From positions 62,169 through 126,000 of the forward strand of contig KZ538005.1 of the NCBI GenBank assembly GCA_000934665.2: DNA of 63,832 bases, given 5' to 3'. Below the pieces are notes generated by a model. That model was not told where the DNA came from. It was given only the letters and a program-made list of their open reading frames with translations, and did not search any database. The first letter of the stretch is position 1; every line of letters begins with the position of its first letter. Below are positions 11,200-26,100 of the stretch, piece by piece. This stretch comes from Catajapyx aquilonaris. Taxonomy: Eukaryota. Position numbers and translations under genes: made by a program.

Positions 11200-14100
11200 G
11201 AGTATTGTTTCCAACTTCCATCAATTTTTCTATTAAAAAAAGTAGGTGTGCCTATCTGGCCATCTTGCCTCTTGGGTTATGCCCTTTTTCTTCCTTCCCT
11301 TTTTCTCCAATTGGACTCCGGCCCACCCTCCTCCCCCGCCCTTCTTAATCGAATTCTGTACCCACTTGAGATTCCATACATGTTTTCTGGCATCGGCGCA
11401 GCCTGAAATTAAGATGGAAAGGAGGCCCGCTCATCGCTCTCAAGTGGGGCCCAGGCTGTAGCTTGCATTTAGCAGCCTATTGAAAAGGAACAGAAGGGTG
11501 CTTCACTCCTGTATATATGACTCTCACCCTAGCAACCGGCACAGGTTGGACATTGGTTCGTCATGTTAGGTGGCTAATATCTGCTCCGGACATGTTGACA
11601 GTTTGACCGCATCGGGCGGTAAATGAAGCGATTTTTTGGGGGGGTTGGGCGTGGGGTTGGGGGGATAGTGGGAGGGTCGTTATTTTGGTTGACCTGTGTA
11701 GCGCCCTACAAGTCAAAGCTGGAACCGATTGTGTCATGGGAGAGTGATGCTGCACTTATGGGTTAGGAAACAAACATGGGGGGCGAAAAAACAAAACTCT
11801 GACAGTGAATAAAGGGCGGTAGAGTTTTAAATATTCACGGGGGCGTATAGGATCAGAAACATTGACAATTTTGACAATGAATCACTTCCATCTACTGTAT
11901 GGGGGTAAATATGAATGTCAGAAAGAGATGTTTCGTATACATAGAGTCCGAAGCGGATTCGCGGCATAAAATGGCAGGAATTATAGCTACACATTCAAAG
12001 AGTTTGACTGCCGTGACATGAATCATGGTGTTGAATGACACAATGACTATTTTGGCTTTTCGACCTGTTCGGCGTGTGAAATGAGAGCAGAACAATGTAG
12101 GGCCCTACTGTAGTTTTATTACAAAGTGCAAAATGGTACGATCTGACGAATATTATTACACCAAGCATCTTACTTTCATGATGCATTGAACATCTATACC
12201 TTATTAAATGTCACAAATCAAAATAATGTCGTTTCTATTTCTATACCATCTGCATGGCCGAAAATACCTGGAAAAGAAATATCGTGGCAATAATTCTTTT
12301 CATACTTGTGATTGCGAATATAGGCAAGAGATTCATGGCGCTCATTGCCGTCCCAGAATGCAATGCAGGGTGCGACAAAGCGGCAGCAATGGTCATTCTC
12401 GGGCGAGCGAAACAAATGACAATAATGATGGGTAAACTGCGAGGGGGCACGCCGTCCTGTTGACACGCCCAACAACATATTGCTAGTCGTGATTAGAGGG
12501 CGCATGAATTTGGTAAAAAGGACAAATATTGCGGGATTATCAGCTCGACTTGACGTGTCGTCAATGTTGCCCCCAGTGTCAACACAAAGGTCGCTGGGCG
12601 CCGGCTCTGTTTGAGTAAATCAAAACGGTGTCATCGACTGGCTCCACATTACCTACCGACCCACCTTTCTGCTAAAATAAATTTCGAATAGTTCATATCG
12701 AATGGGCAAGTTACACTTTGTGTAGGCCTATATAAAATAGTTTTTGAAGACTATATACTGGAAAAATTTGTGCCCTTCTAAACAGCACCAAATGCGGGCA
12801 AGGATGGAAGGGTGCGCCACCATGCTTCCGCCCGCTCCCGCAATTGGCGCTGCTTGCGAGGGTACAAGGTAATTTATTTCCAGTAGGCCTAGTTGTATAG
12901 CACAGTATATAGGGCTAAGTTAGTTAGAAACACGTAGCCTAGTGCATGCCAGCTAGATGTATTTTCTAGAACCGGATAGAGATACGCGATCATGATACGG
13001 ATTTGTCAAATCCTTCCGGATTTTCAAGTTTCCTGGAGTAATTAAGGAGGCAAAACATTTTTCATTGGGTCGTATAAGCCTTGACTCTTAAATGTCACGC
13101 TCATCAAGGTCCCTGCACTCTAGTAGTGTGCAGGACATCTCGAACTAATAAAATCCGGCGAATCCCCGCCCGGATTCAATAGAAGAGCGCAGACAAAAGA
13201 AAGTTTTGTAATCTCGGCATTATAATCCGGAGGGGGGGGGGGGGAGGAAGAAAAGGCAACCTCTTTATGAAATCCGTAAAGACCCAGGACTTATGATCTG
13301 AGCGTATGGGTCGTAATCCATGTGGAATTACTGCTGGTATAAGGTCGCCGGAGACCAGGTCCGGAAAATCCCGTTTCACCTTGGCACAATTAATATTTCT
13401 TACGCTGTACAAAGTCCGTCCGATATGTAACTCTCCGTGGCATGTTTGGCGAAATTTGTGCATCGTAAATACGGTATAGTTTATAGCCTACCACGAGGTC
13501 ATGCTGCTGGTGAAGCCGCACATTCGCATTATGTTGCGTGCATTATGTGTAACGTCCGACACGCCTTCACGTTAGTATGATACATTGGCTGTAGATTCAT
13601 CCGTGTTGCTAACATGGCCGACGTCGTATTTTTACTTCTGGCGGTCGTAACAATGGTTTATCAAGATCAGGTGTCAGGTTCGGATTCAGGGGAGCCTTGT
13701 CCAAACATATATTTTTAACAAGTCATCTGATTCTTTATCATCGTGCATGTCTGCAGAGACGGTATCCCTACCGGTACGCAAGAGGTCAAAATAGCATTGG
13801 CATAAGTATCTACACTAGTAATCAACATGTCCGCCACCGTATCGTCGCACTGAAGCAGAGACACCACCGGTTATCCCGTGAACTAGTCTCCATCATATTA
13901 GCCTGCATAGTACACACTTAGTCTTGAGTTGTGAACTACTTAATCCCCTCTAAACCATGTTTATGCCCCCCCCCNCCCCCCCCCCGAATCATCCGTACTT
14001 GTTCATTCCCGCCCTGAATCAACCAGTTGATCCCCCTATGGCACCAGTTGGTACCTCGAAGCAGCCACACCCTGCACATACGAAAAGAAGCGACAACCGA

Positions 14101-17100
14101 AAACCTCTGGGCCATAAGATCCATGTGGAGGAGTTGTTGGCGAGTATCCGGCATCATCCCCCGTAGAGCAATTCGGAAGGGGGAGGATTACCGTGTGTAT
14201 TATGGCGGGAAGCGAGGTTCCGAGGGATCATAACTAAAGCTTTTAGTTCCTCTGCAGGTATTAACCAGTCGGCTCATCGCCCGCTTTAAACCCAGGGTTC
14301 CGTGCCAAAGCCTCTTCGCCTCCGGAGGGGGAGTTGGGTTCCCACCCATGTGAACAGCTTATCGGAGGTGGTTGGGTGGGTGGCCTCTCTAGAGGGGGGG
14401 AATTGCACACCGGAGATTGGCACGTGTGATATTCTCAGTGGGTGTGGAGCGGGATAAAAATAACACTCTGGCCCACCTGCGCCAATTACGCTCGGAAAGA
14501 CTCTTTCCGGATTACAACAGGGTGGGCCCAACCTTATGCAAGATGGTGCAGACTCTGACTATATCAGGTATAATGCAAAACTCATGCTAGACTCGCTTTT
14601 AATTGCTGCATATTCTGCCATTTTATGATAATTGCGCTCATTAAGGAATGGTGCAGGTTTGTCTATAGATTGCATCAAGAGCAGCTGAAACGATACAATC
14701 CTTAACTTTTTTACAAAAATAAACACTCCGCATTCTACCACTAGAGTGCATGGAAAAAGAATCGGGGTTAAAATGGCAATCCCTGTGTACTCGTTATGCT
14801 ATCACACCGAGCAGTGTTTGACGCCTACTTTACAACGTATGTATGTACCTGCGGTGGTTGCCAAGCCCCGTGATGTAATTAATTCAATCTGCTGCGGAAA
14901 TAGTCATGGACTATGTATTAGTTGGTGTAGTTCAGCCCAGGGAATATTGAACAAACCGCGTTATTCCAGCTGGATCGCACCCAAGTTTACAATAGAAACA
15001 GCTGTCGCTGCAGAATGTAAAGGAAGGGCAATTGAGCCCCATTTTAATGAACATTTCATGGGTTGTAAACAGAAATGCAAGTGAGATTAGCTGGATGTGT
15101 AGGCTCAAATCGTGGAGCTACTGCTCTCTAAGTAGGGATTAGAAGGGAAGATGCGGCAACCGCAATTGGCAAGTGTTTGCGATTGTATGATTATTGCCCG
15201 TATTCTCGTCTCTCGAATGTTGCAGGCATTTTGAAACAATTATGAATTATATGCTGAACAAAATTATTGATTATTCGAGCGCCATTCAATATCCTCAATA
15301 TCTAACCAAAATATCTGCAATATTTTCAATAATTCTTCAATCAATCCACTCCTGAAGTATACATTGCAGAGAGGAATTTCAATAATTATCACAGAAAAAA
15401 CGACGTTCTTCTGATTATAATTCACATAAATTAAACGATATTACTGATAGTCTATTCATGTTGCATGCCGACGATATGTATGCAAAGTAGGGTCTGTCTA
15501 ATATTTTCTGTTGAAGAACGCAGTCGAATAATTTCGATTCAATGGCGACCATGAAAGATTTACTTTGCCGGGAAAGTGTCAGTTTTTCCCATCACCACAC
15601 GAAATAAAATATTTGCAGTACATGGGGAGAAACGTGCTCTGGTTTACCACTACTTAAATCATAAACAAATTAGTAATAGGTCGTAGCTTTTGAATAATTT
15701 GATGAGAATAGTAGATTGGTGCCTAATGAGGCTGATCGTATTATGAGCCAGAAATCTTTTTATTACGTTTTTCATCCAAATTTGTGATATACCGGGTGGA
15801 TCAAAACGCATCGGAGATCCATACCTGTAGAAAATACGCAGTCGCTCGCCTCGGGTCTTATCTTCAAGTGAGCTCGGGACAGGAGAATGTAGCAAAAGTC
15901 CGCGAGATTTCCACCAGATTTGTATTCAACACAGTATGTCTACCTTGTAAAATAATGTTCATCATGTTTCATATTTATTTGTAGAAACTTAAAACTTTTT
16001 TGTGCCTGCTTTGTTCGTTATTGGGCATAACTGGAAAGGGCTGCTTTTGTTTGATATTAAGCCCCGAAGTATGGCAGAAGTCATATTTTGCATTTTTGAC
16101 TACATAATAAATTAACCAGATTAGAGCACCAAGTACTCTCATCCCCGGGCAAGTACAGCCACTCGAACATACCCCACCCTCCATTGAGTACATGAAGCCT
16201 CGTGAATGATGGCACCTGAGTGTCACTGCGAAGTGCTCTCCAGATTGAAGTCTATTCGTGATTTGAGCAGTGGCCGCAAAGTATAGTGGGGCGCACTGCA
16301 GGTATAGTTGAGTGGGGGGGGGGGGNGTTGCATAGAGAGTGGTGATTGAGGTAGAAGGAGAGGGTTGCGTGACGGAGGCGTCAGGGCTTGTGGGGAGAGG
16401 AGAGGGTGGGGGAGTGTAATTTATGTGGCAGTGAGATGGCGTAATAGCGGGTGGGAACATTCGGTGGCCTACCTGCGGTTGCCGAAAGCAGCACCTACCT
16501 CCACTATGGCGATTGTTCCGCTTCCTCATGAATTCATCCGGGGCTATTACAGATGAGAGGACCTATGATTCCATGCTATCCCGCACGATAGGCAACCTTT
16601 TGTGTTTGGGAGGCGGTTGGAAGCGGCCAACTGAACGGTTCAACTTGTTTTGCAAAATGCCCATGGTTACATACAAGAAATAAATTGAAGCAGAATCGCT
16701 GCGTGTGAGCTTTCTCGACTACTTTCTAGAAAGGTAGAACATTTGTTTCTGTCATCCTTTTGGCTTGACTGTACTAACACCTTCAAACAGGAAGTATTTT
16801 ATCATATTCACAAACCTTATTCATTACTCCTGTAATTAATTCTAGACGAGGAAGTACACAAATGTGGAGAGAAAAAACCTAGGAAATAATCCATACAGCA
16901 TATTTTTAGAGAATTTCTTTTCTTTTCTCCATTCGATCTCCACGGGTTCAGGAAAATGTGGACAGGACCTCAAATTTATATGGAAGAGTCGGCAGGGGAT
17001 ATTGCTTCCAAAATATAATTTTGGGGACGACTCGCGTGGATTTCATCGGAAGACTGCGGATTGGATATCCATGCATGACCTCGGAGGTGACTTTGGGGGT

Positions 17101-20100
17101 CTCAGAGACGTCAGTTTTTATTATTACTCGTTTCACCTCGGGCACATCCATCACTGAGACACTCAGACTGGAAAGATAGTGAAAGATGAAGAACGGGAAT
17201 CCTTCATTTATGGGAATCCACTGGAGGCAATGCTCGTAGAGGCTCCTGTCTTGTGTACAAAACAAGCATAAAACTAGCAGTGCTACGCACGTTACCAACA
17301 ATGTAAATAATCGTAAACCTGCTTTACCCAACCGTATGAAGTAGTTGAAATAATATCTTTGCCAATTAAATTTTATGAAAGCACAATGATGCCGCTGCAA
17401 ATTAAGGACTATGTGCTTTGCCCCAACATTTTTTTTATTGGAAGAAGGATTTTTTTTTCCACGTTGCGAAGTGCACCAGTGTTGAATGAACCAATGCGGT
17501 AGCTTTGATCCCTGTGATGCAGGCATCGTTTGTATTCAAGTAAGCCTATTAACTCTCGCCTGCTGTTTGCTCATAAGAGGAAAGTTTCACGCACTGTCGG
17601 CTGAATTTCCCAACCCACCTCTATACTTTAGATGTTTCATTTCCCCTAGAGAAAACGACCCTTGCAATTAGGATATCGCAATTATTTTATATTATTTCCC
17701 TCTTTAAAATGTATCGAGTTTTCTCAGAAAAATCACTCTGTATTTATCCTAAATGGAAGAGATCAGGTGTCATCTGGTGGGTCTCCTTAATGCTGCAAAC
17801 TTGTTTCCTTGCTTCCTACGGCATGGTGTGAAGGCAGGCGAGGGCTGCTAAAAGACTCCATATTATTAGTTCTTTGCACCTGAAAACCTTTCCTGAACTC
17901 GTGCGAATGTCACATCCGTTACCGCAGAATGGCCCATAAATGTCCATTCTGTCTGAGATATATCGACTTTTGTCCTTGGGTGTAGCCGTAGTAACCAACT
18001 TTGCCCAAAACTTCTTTTTTTTTTCTTTCACTCTCTGCCTCTGCCTGTGTTTCCGCGGAGTGTAGGCAAAACAAGGCCGTCTTTTTTGCAAGAGAACGAC
18101 TTGAAATCGTTCCCAGTTCGGAATCAGTGCTGTTTTTTTCTGACTGGTTCGCTGCAAGATTCATTTCTTGTGGGACTTGTGCCGTGCAACCGTTGTTTAA
18201 TTATATACAGGTTGCAATTCGTCTTCGGGTACATTTGAATACCTGTAAACTGCGGTGTTTCCACCCTCATGATAATGTGTCATATTTGAACCTATGTAGC
18301 GTAATGTGCCTAGTGAATTTTGTAGGAGTATACAACCTGTTTATGCGGGAGGGTTGACCTGAATTGGTCTCCATTTGTAAACCTAATCCTTACACAAAGA
18401 CCCCTCCTAAGAGGATTAAGCTGTTCTCAAGACCCCCGCCAAGTCCAAGGCGAATAATGAACCGCTTCAGATTATTTTATGGGTCATACCAAGGTACCTG
18501 TAGCACGCAGTCGAGCATGTAGCATTTGTGTGTATGATGCGGCAGGAAATATATTGTCAGAATGTGATATGAGTATGGTGGAAACAGTGCGAGTGAGACA
18601 CATTCGAGGTCATGGAAGAGACCGTGTCACACACCCCAGAAAGGAGAGAACTTGGTTCAAATTCCCAGGCAATCCTCCCCCTGTATCCCAACTTACTGAA
18701 TAATGTACTGGGTTGAAATGCAGGCGTTGGGTGTCTGGGAGACTTCTCCATTTCCCTGGTTCCCCGACTTTCACCTTGAAACACTTCCCTCCATGTACCT
18801 CCCTCCACCAAAAAAAGAAGAAGAAGAAAATCACCTTACCTTTCCCATCAGCTGTTTCTCCTCTTTCTGCGGTGGCATAAAAATTTTAACACCCTCGAAT
18901 AAATCTCTTTGATCACGTAAATCCATTGTTTTCCCTTGATGACTGGCCAGATGCGGATTTTCTCACTATACAACCTGGGTCCTGGAAGATTCCTTTTCCA
19001 GGTCCCATAACCCTTCTCACTCAAAAAATTTATGAAAAGTAAGCAAACCTGAGGGGAAAGTGTAACCAACCTTTTTTTCTACATGCTTCGTCTCGCAGTA
19101 TACTTTTTTTTCTTCTTCTTTCTCTCTTCCTATTTTCCAAGTTCCTGTCATCTCGCCAAAGTAAAAGTATCCCGTGCGGAAATTTATAATGGTGTGTGTT
19201 TTTCGTGTTATTAACGCTTTTGATTTGGTTAGAGCAAAGTCCAAGTATGTAGTTCCCGAGGCAACAAAAGTTAGCTATAAGCAAATTAATTTTCTCGGAA
19301 ACGATGCAAAAAGTGCTGAGGCTAGGTGTAGCCTACGACTGTGTATAATCAAATGGGTGCGACCGACCGTGTTTTTCTTTGAGTTTCTACTTAGTACGGT
19401 ATTATAAATAACTAGACTATCACTATATTATTTTATTATAGTTGGTGTTACATCGTTAGACTTGCTGTTTATTCAAGTTATGTGAAGGATATGGCTGAGA
19501 CAGTTGGCTTGCTTTACGTAATGTGTAGATAAGCATTGAGCACGTTAATAATCATGAGGCGACAACATGCAGTGGGACGAGGATGTAGAAGGTCGAGTTT
19601 CAGAAAAATTGCATTGTTCTCCCGCACATTTGAGGCAGTGCAAAGTACATGCCAGTGTGCCAGATCAGTTTGCACTTGAACTACATGCTTATCTCCACCA
19701 GGCACCACCAACAGTATTTTCTTTAGCTGCAACGAGCCAACAACCCCGATTTTTTATGCGTGCCTGATTAAGATGAAGAATTTTGCAACTTTATCAGTGT
19801 ACATGCACATTTCGGCAAGCATAACTTTTCAAAGACTACGGTCAGGCCATAACAACAAAAATTAAATCGCAATTAATTATTTCCTTATGCATTCTGACTG
19901 TTGAATATGATCCGACATTTAATCCCATCGTGTTCATACAGTTGGGTCTAGAAAGTATCTAATTACATATTATGAACACCAAAATAATGGAATATTTTCC
20001 CTTCGATTTGACACAATTGGTCCTGAGAGGGAGAGATGGAATTCGTCATTTCCACCCTCTTCCGAAAAATGGATCCTATTTTGTACCGAGTAAAATAATC

Positions 20101-23100
20101 ATTTAACGAGTGTCGCCCTATTGGCCAAGGAACAGAAGTGAGGTAAGGCCTTTGTCTCCATCAAACCGGGCTTATTAGGCCCATTAAAGAAGCAATTACC
20201 AAAGTTTACAGGCAAAATCATCGAAGGAGAAGGAACCGGAACAATGGATGCGAAAGGTGATGAAATGTGTGCCAGGGAAACGACGGAGGATAAGCCCGGA
20301 CCTCTCTTTGTTTCCCAGGCCTACATTAAATCCCCCCCCCCCTTCTTCTCCCCAATGCATTAAGAAGGTCCCACAAATCGGAGAGTTGGTTTTACAAAAG
20401 GTGGATTTCTTTCTGCCTTCCGGTTTTAACGTCATAAAATTATTACCAGTAGGCATGAAATATTTCCCTGAGCTCGCTTTACCTTATATAAGTGGCGCCG
20501 TAAAGGAGAGAACAGGTTAGTCATGCAAAGCATCGATCACAATTATCTGACGCACCCCACCCTCCCACCAGCAACAACATGGTGTATAAGGCAAAGTTTC
20601 CTGGTCTGTGCTTGGAAGAAAATAAGGCACCCCCTCCCACCCCCACCCCCTTCTTTTCTTAACAAAAGCAGATTAGGAAATGTGCCTGAGCTCATTTCTC
20701 GTCGCTATCTGCCCAAGAGATGTCATGTGCGGCAAACTTTTCTCCTGAGACTTTTTCCCTTCCGGACGGAGAGCTCTTCGCGGCTTGCATTACGAGCATG
20801 TCAAGAGTTTTTGGGAGCCTAGCTCTTCCCCGACTTTGAAAAATAAAGCGGAAAACCACCAGAAGAGGTTCAAAAACAACTCATTGCTTGCTTACACTCT
20901 GGCGAATTCTGTAATGCAGTATGGCATAACCTGGTTAGAAATCAAAGGGCATGGCCAATGCAATTATAATATCCACGTGCTGGATGTTGATAGATATAGA
21001 AGCAGTCAAGCAGAAACAGCGCTGTTTTGCTGCCATCCAGAGACATACATTACAGAAAATGCCAAGTTACAATTGCCATAATTAGGGCGCGAAAAATGAC
21101 ATAATTGGTGGGTCATCCATATCTCCGTTAAATTATTTCCTTATGAATATCATACAAATCTGAGAGGATTTTTATACTTTCATAGAATCAATCCGGAATC
21201 ATGGAAATGAATGCATTTGCATTGCAGAAACTTTAATATCTTCATGAACGCACCCAAATCGATAATTTTTCCTTAGCCCAGATGGTGAGTAACGCTCTGA
21301 ACGAAGAGCACTTAATGCCACTGCTTTGTTCCATTGTCCGCATTACAATCGCAGTTAACTGGAAGGACCTCCGCAAATTACAACAATGGAGGCAAATCTG
21401 GCGTCGTCGCACGCAATTTCTTGGATGGATCCTTGGTTTTATTTTTTTGACGAGCGCCGGGAAAGAGATCCTCGTACCCACTTTCTTCTCCCTGATTCCT
21501 TTTGACACAGGAAAAGTTTATTCAACCCAAACAGCATGGCCCTTCCCCGAAAAGAAAGCAAACACAGAGAAGAGCATTGCAAAGAGCTCCTGGCTCGTTT
21601 CTTAGAGTCTAGACGGCAAGGTATAAAGGGGGTGGGGGTGGGGGAGACAGAAATAGAAGTAGGCTGCTCTTCCACTTACTTTAATTAGTGTTTCCTAGGC
21701 ATGTGGTTGAGACCTTAGGTCATTACTACTGCATGCTTGCTATGGTATAGCCTTATACAATAACGAGGAGTTTCAACATTTAAGAGTGGCTCCTTGGCAA
21801 CGTTGTAATAGGTAACCTATCGGAATTGCGGCTGGAAGAGTGGGGATTGGGCACAGCTCATGCGCGTCAAGGCTGGACCGTTTCTGATTGGTCAGCGTCA
21901 CGTCCAGGTTGCCACAACTATCTGGATATAATAATTCATGCGTGCTCTGGCGGTAGAACAGATATATCGGTACAGGTGCATGAATAGATTGTCATATAGG
22001 CGTCGCTGTTTTTAATTAAACTGTGGTCAGTACCTTACATGCAGATTTTTTTAAAAAAGGCATCGAATCTCTTTTTGATCACTCAGGAACAGATTTGTTT
22101 TATGGGTGCTTGTGGGTGTAGCTGATGCTCTTTGGTGTGTTCCTCAGAACACGTCCGGATTGACTCGAGGTGGATTCGGTAAGGAGGCAATATCAGTAAT
22201 GGAAGCAAGCAAGCAAGGGGGTTTTGGTTGGGGAGGGGGAGGGGATGAAGGATGGTGGAAGAGCCACACCTATTCAGGCTAGGATCGCCTTTTGCTCCTC
22301 TATTCCCTGCTTCTGACGAGAAAGTGCTGTTATCAGGATCGTAAAATGCCTCGGATTTTCTCCTGCAGCGTATTTGCCGTCTTGTCAGCAGCCGTGATTT
22401 AACAAGACCCTGTCTTTATTGTCACCAAAACAAATTGCCAACCTTCTGCGCACATAACCTGGCAAAATGACATTTTTTTTCATAACTTTCATTGCTGATT
22501 GTTGCCAAGCAAGGCTTGGCTTAGTTTCTACTCGCTCGGGGGGGAAAAAATGAACATGTCGGGAAATATGTGAGAAAAACTGGAATTCACTCAATGGTCT
22601 CGTTTTGATTTTTTTTTTGGCTGCACAGGGTGTCTTTAAAACTAAACCGAGAACCTTCTAGGGTGAAACTGGCGCACGGTTAACCCATTGTCTCATAGCT
22701 ACTTAGGATGATATTGTTGGCATGAAATTTATAATTAATATAATTCCTTCGGCCAGTGGTGACTTGCACCATCTCAAAAGCCCTTCTTGGCAGAGAGTAA
22801 ATGACGGCGCGCCATCTAATCGACACCTCCTACCGCGGTTATAATTACCCTGCTTTGTGATAGTATGATCGATAAAAATACCTGATATACAGAACGATCA
22901 GTCACATTTTGGTCGAAATGTAGTTAGGTATTGTGCTCTTGATGGATAATATCAATGGACAAGTTAGTTTTGTCTTAGGGTAAATTACAGTCCCATAAAA
23001 AATTATCGCAATTTTTGTATAGACAAAATGAAACAAGTGAACAGTTCGATAACATTGGAATTTAGTCACATTCCAAATAGATAAAATAAATATCTGCTAC

Positions 23101-26100
23101 ACAACTTGCCAGTCATCCCTTGTCAATATACAGTAGTATTAATCAGGAAATATCAGTATGTTCCAGTATACGGAAATCAAGACGGGTATTCCCCTAAGGA
23201 GGATCGTGCCTTCGGCACTCTAATTTTCTCTGCGAACGGTTCTTGCACGTGATGGTACCGCTATAAATTACGGATGAATAGTAAAATATTTTTAATTAAA
23301 TAGGCCCACATGGTTCCCTACCCAACATATTTGAGGTCCATTACAGTATGTACAGGTGACGATTCGGAACAGGCCAATTGACATCCGAACATAAAATAAT
23401 CATTATTATAGTGACTACTAACATCGTATAGATGAGCATGTTTTGCCTATAAGTGCTTGACAAGCAGAACCATGCTTTTCCCGGAGTTGAACGTCATAAT
23501 GATACTCTTCCAGTATTTGTTGGCCAATAATATGATTTAAGAGCCAAAATGTGGCATCCAGTTGTGTGTGTGTCCCTGGCCTATCTTTTCTCTTCCACCA
23601 TCCCTCAACCTCCGGTACCCCCTTTTTTCCTATTGAAATTTCCAAGGCGATGCTCCTAAGAAGATTGCTGTGGTGCGTGAGCGGAATGTTCCCGAAGTCG
23701 TGGTGGCCACGCTTCCTTCCTTCGTTCCTTGGGCCTGCCTTACTTGTCTTTATTCCAGGCCCACATCCCCACATCCAATGTTTGATTAAAACCTTCTGCA
23801 GTATCACTAAGCGTTTCAGACTAACTTTTGCGCTTTCCTCACAAGTGGAGTCCAACCTTATACTTTTTCCCAGCTTCATCTAGGCGGATGTCAACTTCAA
23901 AACCGTAGTTCTGCCTCGGGGAACCTGAGAGGGACACGATTGCAGCCATGTGATCATATACATTTTAATATCAGCCAAATGCAGGAGCAGAGCAGAGTAA
24001 ATAATAATAAAATGACTTGCAGGCAGTGGACGTTCAGATATTATATGATATAAGTCAAAAATGTTTGCGTAAAATTTTAGAAATTTAATGAACCATAAAT
24101 CTATAAATACGTAGGCTACAACAAATTTTGCAAACTATCAATATATTTTTCATCGATAAAAATATTGTTTGCAGAATAATATTAGTAATAAAGTGAAATG
24201 CAATTAATATCACGTTGGTAACAGAAAGGTGTTAAAAACTGCCTTATTGCAATATTGAATTCATATAGCCTATGTAGGCCTATTCTGCCTTCGTTAAAGA
24301 TTTTTATCGAAAATTATCACGTTCTTCTACGTTCCGGATATAAAATATATCGATTTTTACGTCCTCTTGCAGACCAAAAATACTGGTCACGAATTATGAA
24401 TTAGGTATCGCTAAATTAATAATTTTCTCAAAAATGGAAATGCTATTTGCCCTGCTATTTAGGCTGAAATGGCTCAATATAGGATAATTTTTCTATCAAA
24501 TATTCACATCCCTTTGTAACCTGATATCTACATTTACCATTTTAAATTATCTGTGATCTTGGTAGCCTATAATAATCAGCAAAAAACATTTATATCGCAA
24601 ATAGGAGACCCATGTTCATGCACTGAACAATATGAGCACATTGACCTGACCTCCCAAATTGAGTTCCCTTCCTACATAAGTCCATAACGACTCCGACTCC
24701 AATCCCTCTCACTCTAATACATATCGTTACCAGAAGCTATTAGGAGTACCCTATAGTGTGACTTGAGAGTCAAAACCACTTCTCATTAGGACCGAAAATT
24801 TTCTCCTGGTTGAGGGATGGGGGGAGGGGAGAGGGGGAATCGATTTCCGGGAACCTCTCCTATTCCCATCATCATCCCCGCTGGGGTTGAGCCCCTGCCG
24901 ATGGAATGATGGGAAGTGACACAAACAGTATGGGTGGCGGCATATTTCATCCCGGGCCTTCCATTCAAGTGAGAACCGACGGCTTTTTGGTCAGGACATA
25001 GGAACCGACCCAAGGCAAGGGCTCGCCCGATTTATTTCTCGCCCCTCCGTTTTGAAGATTGAGATTTAGGCACAAGAAATGGGCCAGGGTAGGGGGAATC
25101 CGGATAAAAAAAGCCCAAGGCGCAAGTCCCAGCCGTTACAATATCCACGGTTACGATGCAAGTTATTACCTACCTTTTCCCAAACGAGCTCGCCGTATTC
25201 ATTGGTGGAAAGACTCAAGGAGATAAGGCTCGGTTCAACATGGCTATTATGAGAATAGAATTTGGGAAATTTCGTAGCGAAAACTGGCAGAAAAACCTGG
25301 CATTTTCGGAGAACTCGTATTCATTGTCACATTCCGTGTGGTGCATGTCTGTACCTGTTGACAACCACGTAGTTCAAGTCCGGACTGTTTGATGTCAGGA
25401 GTGCATACGGCCGTATGTGGCAAAGGATCTGGCTCATAGAGGGCAACATGGTGCAGGCTGAGCCAACTTGACACCCGGGCTTGCTCTGCCATCTACCGCG
25501 GACAAAATGAACGTTGTTGACTCTGGTATAAAATGTCAACTGTAATCGGCCCAGTGCAGTGGAAAAAATATGGCCAGAATATACAAAACAAAGTGTATGA
25601 CATATGCTCTAAAGTACCGTATCTCCAAAGTACTTATGTTTGTAAATCCCCAGCATCTGTTAAAAGTAGGTCTCTTCCAGCCACTTTCTTGTTTCGGCAG
25701 CTCAGTAATTATGCAGGAACAATATTTCATCCGGGATAATCATTTGCTCAAGGATAATGCAAATTGTAATATGAGCCACGTTGGCATTCACATTTCACAA
25801 TGACAATCCGTATTACGCATTATGATACTTATAAGGGATTACGGTAATGCAGTAAGTATCGCAACACAATGCCAACTGCAGTATAATTATAGGACACTAT
25901 ATTCGTCAACATGACCGTTTATCTCGGAAAACATATTTACATAACTTAGTAATGAGAGGCCTGCAATATTGGCAATATCATTGAGGGAAGTGACACGAGG
26001 TGCCTATTCCGGTTTGTAGACTCGTGTAGAAACTATAAACTAATTTAAATTACATCATGCAACCCAAACTGCAGTTAGGCTCTTTTAATTCACGAGAACT

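Noticed and set aside
16948..17526. 192-aa minus-strand ORF
   Set aside because: No recognisable motif, composition resembles non-coding DNA, no splice support.
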